The notes below the pieces were generated by a model that made no database searches, had not been told where the DNA came from, and saw only the letters and a program-made list of their open reading frames with translations. Below are positions 50,101 to 57,182 of a DNA stretch of 64,000 nt, piece after piece. Numbering within the stretch: the stretch's first letter is position 1; each line of letters begins with the position of its first letter. The stretch is from Minisyncoccota bacterium (GTDB taxonomy: Bacteria > Patescibacteriota > Minisyncoccia > Phycocordibacterales > UBA2100), in assembly GCA_036517335.1 (NCBI GenBank), contig DATDWX010000033.1, positions 9 to 64,008 on the forward strand, read 5' to 3'. The position numbers and the translations under genes are program-made.

Positions 50101-51474
50101 ACCGTCTCCAACAACGACGCGCACAACAATCGCAAATCGGGCATTGTCATCGGAGAATATGACAACACGATTTTCAGCAACCAAAGCTTCAATAACGGCT
50201 ATCACGGCATGACACAAGTCTGCCCCAATGCTGACAACCTCAATACCATTCTCTTCAACAATTCGTTCTACCAGAACGATAAGCTCGGCCTCATGCTCGA
50301 GAGCGGTTTCGATTGTCTCGCTACCGTCATCCATGACAACTACGGCGGGCAGGGCGCCAACGCCGTAGCCGATCTCTGGATGGCCGCCGCAGGAGCGCCA
50401 ACACCGGGAGATCACAAGATGGTGCTGTACGACACGACGCTCGCCTCTCCGACCGAGTCCAACTTTACCGAGGTGGCGAACGTAAACGCGTACGCGATAT
50501 CAAAGAAGCACGACGGGGCAAGCGGCGCTACGCAAATCTGGGGTAAGTACGCGGTACCGGCAAATGATTCCGAAACGCCGCAAAATGAAAGCATCGCAGC
50601 GTACAATTATGCAAACAATCTCTGGGAGAAGAGCGCATCGCCCCACGGCTACGCGGGTACGGGAACCGAAGACAGCAATCTCAACTACGATCTCTCTACT
50701 GCAACGCTCTCTGGAGGTCCCTACCACTACCGAGCCACAGTCAAGACCGCCGGCAGTGCAAACTGCGCGACCGCAGCCGAGTTTGACGTATATCGCAACA
50801 ATGTAGACGTGGGCGATGCTACGTGCGGCAGCACCTTTACCGACGCCACGACCGGGGTATCGTTCAAGATCGACGGCGGAGCGACCGGGTACGCAGTCGG
50901 CGATTCGTACACGTTTACCGCATGGGACGCTTCAGGCGACAGCAGCACACAAAAGACCGTGACCATGATGCAGGATAAGGACACCTTCACCACTCCTGTG
51001 TCCACAACACTAGAACTGAAAGGTGAATCTGCCAGCCTCAATCCTACACTCATTACTCGCGGCGGCACCGGCGGGTACCAGTTTGCAATTAACGGTACGC
51101 TCGATGCCGATAGCTACCAATTCGACTACCTCGGCGGTACCGGGCAGAGCGCCGGACTGCTCCTCAACAGCGGCTCGACGATTGCCTCGCTCGATAACGG
51201 CAGCTTCGACAACTTCGGGGTAGGCAGCGGCAGCGCCGATGCCTTTGTCCAAGTGGCCAGCTCGCTCATCGGCTCGAGTACGCCCGCCCTCCTTATCTCT
51301 GGCACAAACTTCGCAAATTCCGGCTCAAATGCGGAGTGTAACCTCAATGCAAGTGGGTCAGCAGCGGGCTACTGGGAATTCCAGAGCTTCACGGGAGCGT
51401 TCGCGGGAGAGAACTTCGATTGTCAAAACGGCTCAGCCGATTCCGACCCGGGCAACTTCGTCTGGACACCGTAG
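47152..51474 (+). CDS. Large secreted protein with right-handed beta-helix (NosD/pectin lyase-like) repeats
   Basis: Signal peptide, S/T/G/N-rich, G(L/I/V)xLxxSxNNxIxxN repeats in the ~49680-50300 region. Confidence 0.85.
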   Translation: MQSSIHTNVGRVFRVGFITLIILAAVALVSVPSADAAVAYRASAATCNATANTSVSVPSGTINGDVMLMVINSKDNAVQATSTGWTRIGTQLNNGSSLTTSIFYRVASSEPASYSPATTAVSHCLSISSFSGADATSPINASSQRANASSITVTANAITPSIADTQIVFISGYGDNSTHSSYSGTNPTFTERFDVRTSLGTDNAIALASGAKTDTTSTGNRTAVATSPAAVNNGYLIALAPGAPSTLSISGTCKQHDNITNCTDTGTVRVAVDGVLQGQTQATVAGSWTISGVTASAGAVITVFIDGVASSEERAVAVTTYVGSGDVAGLELIEGALSLGSSENRTLTNANIAQYDNSVSGDADIFDDVNAGNDLTVDANSSITGELLYVKSGNTYRPDSTSSGFMTTHDLENRGTLQTDGNTITLDGSWKNSGTFTANTSLVTFNSAVGGTVSGTLSGTSAFNKVLFDGGGAWTIQNAMKVSAANATDTFVIKNGTTTIGDSSGDNLEVNGKLVIAGTAGEMGTLQTAALPQGSTITIDLNNNTSPATCANCIISVGASSGAGAGSLKLKKNTILRLNPRSTATASDTGVEVQSTGYLEILGSQEATNTVASLTQNTSGTTITVAGTPFSSGQWDGMAVRFTSSSTPSFGKIYTATSTASSSITITAVTSPTDSDAQVRGADTACAGSGNCTVDVADTLFSATGQYVGSYLHNITDDKYYLIASTTEATTDSVRIVSNSPDDFATMNDGDDVEITDGIRSGDAFEVIDYAHVTAESGTACTSAINQGGEAYIAGKAGSETVIRYADMCNLGKGVTSKFGLTFESVNGAGAGEGVTVDDSRIRKGMRGIALISSSGNSGGKGITNNTIENSFDYGLHLNASSNNAISSNLSSDNLVGMLLEASSNSNTVASNKVSRSTAHGVALVTSSGNSVTDNSIFHNGTVYESHHGLFLLGTSNNNVLDGNKVYDNITWGVALFNGASNNTVSNNDAHNNRKSGIVIGEYDNTIFSNQSFNNGYHGMTQVCPNADNLNTILFNNSFYQNDKLGLMLESGFDCLATVIHDNYGGQGANAVADLWMAAAGAPTPGDHKMVLYDTTLASPTESNFTEVANVNAYAISKKHDGASGATQIWGKYAVPANDSETPQNESIAAYNYANNLWEKSASPHGYAGTGTEDSNLNYDLSTATLSGGPYHYRATVKTAGSANCATAAEFDVYRNNVDVGDATCGSTFTDATTGVSFKIDGGATGYAVGDSYTFTAWDASGDSSTQKTVTMMQDKDTFTTPVSTTLELKGESASLNPTLITRGGTGGYQFAINGTLDADSYQFDYLGGTGQSAGLLLNSGSTIASLDNGSFDNFGVGSGSADAFVQVASSLIGSSTPALLISGTNFANSGSNAECNLNASGSAAGYWEFQSFTGAFAGENFDCQNGSADSDPGNFVWTP

Positions 51475-51626
51475 AAAGACCCTGAGGTTTGAAAAGACGC
51501 AGCAACTCATTTCCGCGAACCCTCGAAAATGGAGGGTAGATACGTAGAATGGAACTGGAGCCCACGACACTCGACAATTGTCTTCTTCACTTTCTTTACT
51601 GCGTTCGCACCTTTAGCAGGTCACAC

Positions 51627-51707
51627 CACTTCCTCCCCAACCCGTCAGATATGTTCGAAGGAGAGAACAGTTTCGACATTTAACGTCTTGGGTTATTGGA
51701 AAAATAA
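51627..51707 (+). pseudogene. Displaced duplicate of the PD-(D/E)XK gene 3' end
   Basis: HFLPNPSDMFEGENSFDI*RLGLLEK* versus HFLPNPSDMFEGENSFDIYRLGL at 46946-47014. Confidence 0.9.
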
Positions 51708-51745
51708 TGAAAGACATCGGATGTTGGACATCCGATGTCTTTCAT
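51707..51745. repeat. REP-like doublet palindrome upstream of RAYT-2
   Basis: atgaaagacatcggatgt-tgg-acatccgatgtctttcat (18-bp arms); related copy at 52425-52453. Confidence 0.9.
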
Positions 51746-51759
51746 GGTATCATTGGGGT

Positions 51760-52422
51760 ATGGATCTGTACCACATTTGCAATCGGGGTGTCGATAAGCG
51801 AGAGGTGTTTCTTGATGATGGCGATCGCACACGATTCGTTCATGACCTGTATGTAATGAACGATGTGCATTCGGTGCCGAATCACGGCCGTCATGAGCTA
51901 GGCAACATATCAGATGCAGGACACGAACGAGAGCCACTTGTTCATTTGTACGCATGGTGTCTCATGCCCAACCATTACCACCTACTCCTGTCCCCGGTCG
52001 ACGATGAGCCCGCGAATCTGTCTTTGTTTGCGCAGAAAGTGGGCATGGGCTACTCGAAGTTTTTCAATAAAAAATACAAACGATCCGGTGCCCTTTGGCA
52101 GGGGAAACATAAAAAGGTGCATATACAACGAGACGCTCATTTCCTCTATATTCCGTTCTATATCCATCTTAATCCTCTCGACCTATCGATTCCGGAATGG
52201 CGTCACGGGCGGGTGAAGGATGTGGACAAGGCCTTGGAACAACTAAGCGGCTATCGCTGGAGCAGTTTTCTCGACTATACTGGAGTAAAAAATTTCCCGT
52301 CCCTTATCGACAAACCTCTGCTTACAGATATGCTCGGTTCGCGCAAGAAACAAAGCAAGATAATAGCGGATATCATCGGCGACGGAATATTGGCAAATTC
52401 CAGCTGGGCATTAGAGATGTAG
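51760..52422 (+). mobile_element. RAYT-type (IS200/Y1 HUH) tyrosine transposase 2
   Basis: YHICNRG, CLMPNHYHLL, FNKKYKRSGALWQG, YIHLNP, WSSF; flanked by GACATCCGATGTC palindromes. Confidence 0.9.
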
Positions 52423-52464
52423 AACAATGAGGGACATCCGATGTCCTTCATTGGTAAAGGATTG

Positions 52465-52782
52465 TTACTGGATTAAATGCGGCGCGAATATCAGGGCGAA
52501 TGTAAAAAAGAGTAGAAAAAGCCACAATGGGGAAGTTAATACGACAAGAATTACCCATCTTCGTTTGATGAACGTATCGGTGACCCGATTGCTTAAACTG
52601 GATGAGTCAGGTCTAGCCTTGAATGCGAAAAGGATAGAAGCACCTATGGCTATGCTAGTTAACCCAACAAGACGGACCATTCCTTCATCGCACTGTCCTG
52701 AACCTGCTCCACAGGGCGCCAAACTAATTAAGAGAATGATAAAACCAATCGCAAAGAAAACGGCTGCGGAAAGTGCCCTCAT
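52465..52782 (-). CDS. Small membrane protein (3 TM)
   Basis: Hydrophobic, AT-rich. Confidence 0.6.
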   Translation of the reverse strand: MRALSAAVFFAIGFIILLISLAPCGAGSGQCDEGMVRLVGLTSIAIGASILFAFKARPDSSSLSNRVTDTFIKRRWVILVVLTSPLWLFLLFFTFALIFAPHLIQ

Positions 52783-52792
52783 GATACATCGT

Positions 52793-53296
52793 TTACCGAG
52801 CGCGGACTTTGAGTTTGGTCTGCCGAGCCTTATTGATCTTTGGCAGGCGGATCATGAGGATGCCGTGCTTTTCACTAGCTTCGGCCAGGTCCACGTCTAC
52901 TTCTTCGGGGAGGAGGATGGTGCGGGAAAATGAGCCCCAGTAGAGCTCCTTTTGATAGTAGTTGTCTTCCTCGACTTCTTTTTCATCCTGCCTTGTGCCC
53001 GATACGGTCAGCGTCTCACGCGTGAGAGAAATGTCTACAGAATTTGGCTGCACGCCAGCAATGAGCGCTTTCACCACGATGGCGTCCGGCGTCTGGTATA
53101 CGTCTACCGCTAATTCCCCAGCCACATCATCACCCGCTTCCTTCGGCCAGCTTTCGCCCTTGGTACTGATATGCGCGTGGCGCTCGCCGCCTGCCCCATG
53201 GAAAACGGCCGGCGTGCCAGCTGCAAAAGTGTCATCGGAATAATCATCATCGCTACCGCCCGCGAGCCTTGAGAAAAAAGATTGTTTTTTCACCAT
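52793..53296 (-). CDS. Hsp20/alpha-crystallin family protein
   Basis: VDVYQT...AGV...E..WGSFSRTILLP..VD...A...GIL.IRLPK. Confidence 0.92.
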   Translation of the reverse strand: MVKKQSFFSRLAGGSDDDYSDDTFAAGTPAVFHGAGGERHAHISTKGESWPKEAGDDVAGELAVDVYQTPDAIVVKALIAGVQPNSVDISLTRETLTVSGTRQDEKEVEEDNYYQKELYWGSFSRTILLPEEVDVDLAEASEKHGILMIRLPKINKARQTKLKVRAR

Positions 53297-53327
53297 ATAT
53301 TCGTTTCCATTATACACTAGCTACACA

Positions 53328-54017
53328 CTACCGATGTCGCGGAATGCGTTTGATGAATTCCAACAAGGCGAGGAGCGCTATGAGACCGAGCCACACGAAT
53401 GCAAAGGTGCGGATCATATGCTCCGGCGCCGTGTTCATTATGAGGAAGTTGAAGAGACCATGCAAGAGAATGGAGAGGATAACTCCGGCAAGGAGATAAC
53501 GGACGCGGATACGCCACGGTCTGTAGAACGAAAACGCGAGCGAAGCGCCGATCGCAGAGGAGGCAAGTACATGCAAGAGCGTCGCGCCGACGAACCGAAA
53601 GTCTCCGGTAATAATCGTTTGGCTAAGCGAAATGCCGGAGAGCGGGGAGAGGAGAAAGAGGGTGTTTTCTGCTGCAGCAAATCCGAGCGCGACGGCAAGC
53701 ATGTAAATGATGGGATCGATCGGCTCGTCGTTTTCCCTCCTGCGTAGTACCGTGATCCACGCCACGGCAAATTTCATCAATTCTTCGATCGCCGACCAAG
53801 CGACGAAGATGAGCGTTTGGCTGACAAGGAGGCCAGCGACCCACTGCTCGATGGGGATCACCAGCCCCACTGCCACCATTCCTGCCAAGAACGCAAGGGC
53901 GATCAGCTTGCGCGGCTCAGGATGTTTGGAATCCTCGCGCAGCCAAAACCACAGCCACAAGAAGGTGGGCAATACGCCGCCGCCGGCCGCGATGAGAAAA
54001 GGAAAAGCTTCGTCCAC
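53328..54017 (-). CDS. PrsW-family intramembrane metalloprotease
   Basis: PEP, IEELMK, GFAAAEN, LLH...LLHGLFN; GTG start. Confidence 0.9.
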   Translation of the reverse strand: MDEAFPFLIAAGGGVLPTFLWLWFWLREDSKHPEPRKLIALAFLAGMVAVGLVIPIEQWVAGLLVSQTLIFVAWSAIEELMKFAVAWITVLRRRENDEPIDPIIYMLAVALGFAAAENTLFLLSPLSGISLSQTIITGDFRFVGATLLHVLASSAIGASLAFSFYRPWRIRVRYLLAGVILSILLHGLFNFLIMNTAPEHMIRTFAFVWLGLIALLALLEFIKRIPRHR

Positions 54018-54024
54018 TTCCGAA

Positions 54025-56148
54025 TTATTGCACAGTTGGCCATTTTGCGACCATCAGCAATCCACACTCTTTCTCCGGCAGCTCTTGCCAGATCGCTTCG
54101 GTGACGAAGGGCATGAAGGGGTGGAGGAGTTTTAGAATTACAATCAGCGATTGATATAATGCAACTGCACGGGACTGAACCGTCTCGGGATTGTTTAAGA
54201 TGGACTTGCTTTCTTCTATGACCTGGCTCGCGAAATAATCCCAAACATATGGGTATAAAATGCCGATTGCCATGTCGAATCGATATTTTTCAATCTGCGC
54301 AGTAACTTCCGCGGCCTTTTGATAAGCCTCGTCTACAATTTGTTTGTCTTGTCCTCTAAGTTCTACTTCTGAAGAAACATAATGATCAAGAATAAATCGC
54401 GTTATATTCCATAATTTGTTTGCGAACTTTTTGTAGGCGATAGTTTTTCTTGTATCAAGATTGAGATCGGTGCCTGGCGTGTTGCCCACGATGAGCCCCA
54501 TGCGCAATGCATCGGTACCGAATTCTTTCGATACCTCCAGAGGAGAAATAACGTTGCCCCTTGATTTGCTCATCTTTTGTCCTTTTGCATCTCGCACGAG
54601 ACCGTGGAGGTAGACGTGTTTGAACGGAACCTCGCCCGTGACATAGAGGCCGAGCATGATCATGCGCGCCACCCAGAAAAAGAGAATGTCGGCGCCCGTT
54701 TCCATCACACTTGTCGGATAGAATGCTTTGAAATCTTCACCGTCTGGCCAACTCAGCGTGATGAATGGCCACTGACCCGATGAGAACCACGTGTCGAAGG
54801 TGTCGGGGTCCTTGGTCCAGCCATCGCCGGGAGAATTTTCTTGGATCTTCCACTCATCGTTTTTTTGCCATGCAGGGATAGGTATACCCCAGACGATCTG
54901 GCGCGAAATGTTCCAGTCTTGGATGTTCTCTAGCCAGTGCAACAATATTTTCTCGTGCGACTCGGTGAGTATCTTGACACCGCCCTCTTTGACCGCTGCT
55001 ATCGCCCGCTCGGCAAGCGGCTGCATTTTGACGAACCACTGCGCCTTCACCTGCGGCTCTATTTCGCGAGCGCATTTATAGCACACGGGCACCTCGTGCT
55101 CGTATTTTTCGTCGATTTTTACCAAAAGTCCCTTCTGTTCCAAATTCGCGACGATTTTTTCTCGCGCCTCTTTGATATTCATTCCGGCAAATTCGCCAGC
55201 TATGGGGAGTAGCTTCCCGCGCCAGTCAATGATTTGTTCAAACGGAAGATTGTGCCGCTGCGCTATCTCAAAATCAATTGGATCGTGCCAGGGCGTGATC
55301 GTCATAACGCCGCTTCCGAGCTCCATGTCGATAGCCTCATCCTTGACCACGGTCGCGGTAATTTTCCCGTTGATCCATTCCACCTCGAATTGCTGGCCTT
55401 CTTTGTACTCCGCGTAGCGCTCGTCCGCCGGATGCATCACGACGTATTTGTCGCCGAACTTAGTCTCCGGTCGTGCGGTCGCGATGACGAACGGGCCGTA
55501 TTGGAGGTAGTAGAATTTGTCGGTACGCGTCTGTCGCTCGGTCTCGAGATTCGAAAGTGAGGTCTGATGCTTGGGGCACCAATTGACGATGCGGGAGCCT
55601 CGGTAGAGAAGCCCATCATCCGAAAGTTTTTGAAATGTTGCATACACTGTCTTGACCACACGTTCATCAAGTGTGAAAAGTTCGCGCGACCAATCACACG
55701 AAGCGCCGAGCGCTCGCAGCTGGCCTCCCATAAACGATTTATTTTCTAGCGTGAAGGTCAATATTTCCTTGTATAGTTCCTCCGGTTCCATGTCGAAGCG
55801 CGAACGGCCCTCTTTTTCAAGCTTTTTTTCGTACACCACCTGCGTCTCGAATCCCGCATGATCCGCACCCGGAAGCCATAGCGCCTTCTTGCCACGCATG
55901 CGCTGGTAGCGAATCATAATGTCTTCTAGTGTCACGAAAAGTGCGTGGCCGGCATGCAAAGAACCATTCGCATTGGGCGGCGGCATTATGATCGTGAATG
56001 GTTCACGATCACCCTGAGCGGAGTCGAAGGGTTGTACCTTGTCGGGGTTAAAGTAGCCGCTGCGCTCCCAGCGGGTGTATACCGCGCTTTCGTGGTCGGC
56101 TGGATTATATGGCTTGAGAAAAATCTCGGGGGCTTTAGATGGCTCCAT
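54025..56148 (-). CDS. valS: Valine--tRNA ligase (short, no C-terminal coiled coil)
   Basis: PPPNANGSLHAGH, DHAG, DWNISRQIVWG, DTWFSS, DILFFWVARM, KMSKS. Confidence 0.96.
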   Translation of the reverse strand: MEPSKAPEIFLKPYNPADHESAVYTRWERSGYFNPDKVQPFDSAQGDREPFTIIMPPPNANGSLHAGHALFVTLEDIMIRYQRMRGKKALWLPGADHAGFETQVVYEKKLEKEGRSRFDMEPEELYKEILTFTLENKSFMGGQLRALGASCDWSRELFTLDERVVKTVYATFQKLSDDGLLYRGSRIVNWCPKHQTSLSNLETERQTRTDKFYYLQYGPFVIATARPETKFGDKYVVMHPADERYAEYKEGQQFEVEWINGKITATVVKDEAIDMELGSGVMTITPWHDPIDFEIAQRHNLPFEQIIDWRGKLLPIAGEFAGMNIKEAREKIVANLEQKGLLVKIDEKYEHEVPVCYKCAREIEPQVKAQWFVKMQPLAERAIAAVKEGGVKILTESHEKILLHWLENIQDWNISRQIVWGIPIPAWQKNDEWKIQENSPGDGWTKDPDTFDTWFSSGQWPFITLSWPDGEDFKAFYPTSVMETGADILFFWVARMIMLGLYVTGEVPFKHVYLHGLVRDAKGQKMSKSRGNVISPLEVSKEFGTDALRMGLIVGNTPGTDLNLDTRKTIAYKKFANKLWNITRFILDHYVSSEVELRGQDKQIVDEAYQKAAEVTAQIEKYRFDMAIGILYPYVWDYFASQVIEESKSILNNPETVQSRAVALYQSLIVILKLLHPFMPFVTEAIWQELPEKECGLLMVAKWPTVQ

Positions 56149-56301
56149 CTCGCCATCCTAGCAGGAAGATGAACCATTTTCGAGGACTAAGCGCGACCCA
56201 ACCGCGTGTACCGATGGAATCTATCTCTACATGCAAAAAAAACGCAGCGACAGGTATAAGCTGCCGCTGCAAGTGTTGGCTGTCAAACGGAATGACCCTT
56301 G

Positions 56302-56535
56302 TTAAGCTTTGGGGCGTACCCATTTTCGTATGGTCTTGTCCCATACGAGCATGGGCAGCCCGCTCGAGGCAGTTCTTGGATCGGGGCACTGGGTAACACC
56401 CCGCTCTAGGAGGAAGCGCTCTATTACTCCGAGTTCTTCCGCGCGGGGCGGCGAGTTCCGCACGGGAGAGGACTTGGTCCGCGGTTGCGGATTGGCAACA
56501 TGTGGACGCGGAGCCGGCAACGAGGTTCTCCGCAC
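56302..56535 (-). CDS. Small hypothetical protein
   Basis: GTG start after a G-rich SD; IERFLLERGVTQCP; co-oriented with the upstream regulator. Confidence 0.45.
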   Translation of the reverse strand: MRRTSLPAPRPHVANPQPRTKSSPVRNSPPRAEELGVIERFLLERGVTQCPDPRTASSGLPMLVWDKTIRKWVRPKA

Positions 56536-56595
56536 TCCCCGCTCCAGCGCAGGCGTGCGATCTGCTCCAGACGCGCGGTCCGTTTCTTCGGTTGG

Positions 56596-57078
56596 TTACG
56601 ATTCGGCTACAATGCCAGAAATAATGTACCCCTGGCCCCATTGCCCCTCGATCTTTGCCGGCGTCAACTGACGCCGCAACTTTGCCATGAGCCCGCGCAC
56701 CGCCGTCTGCCCAGGAGGAGGGTTATTACCGTACAGATGCCGGAGCAATTGCGCGTGCGGGACAAGTTGTCCCGGCGTCCTTGCCAGACGCTGCAACGCA
56801 CGACTTTCCTTGGGCGTTAAGTTCACTCGCTTACCATCGACGGCTGCATTTCCCTCCGCGTCGACATAAACCACATGCTGGTCGTCCAGGGGTGTTGGAG
56901 TAAGCTCGAAGCCCAGCCCCGCCGCCCATTTGACGAGCTCGTCTGCCGAAGGCTGTTGGCCGCCGCTCTCCCATGCCATCAGCACGTCTGCACTGACACC
57001 ACATTTTTTGCTGGTCGCCTGCACCAATTGACCGGTTTGTTCGCGCAGCTCGCGCAACTTAAGGATCAGCGAATTCAT
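56596..57078 (-). CDS. XRE-type HTH fused to OmpR-type winged-helix DNA-binding domain
   Basis: LRELRE...CGVS..V..WESG..PS; VNLTPKE..L..L...G..V....LL..LYG...LRRQL...GQGY. GGAGAGGAG SD. Confidence 0.75.
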   Translation of the reverse strand: MNSLILKLRELREQTGQLVQATSKKCGVSADVLMAWESGGQQPSADELVKWAAGLGFELTPTPLDDQHVVYVDAEGNAAVDGKRVNLTPKESRALQRLARTPGQLVPHAQLLRHLYGNNPPPGQTAVRGLMAKLRRQLTPAKIEGQWGQGYIISGIVAES

Positions 57079-57182
57079 CGTCCGTCTCCTCTCCTGTCTC
57101 CCGAATTCGTGGGTCTCGGAACATCCTACACCTTCATGATTGAGATCAAAAGGTCGCATTTATCATTAATTGCTCACCGCGC

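Noticed and set aside
51521-56185. Shared 12-mer CCTCGAAAATGG downstream of two accessory genes
   Set aside because: A single 12-mer match is expected by chance in 64 kb, and the similarity does not extend.
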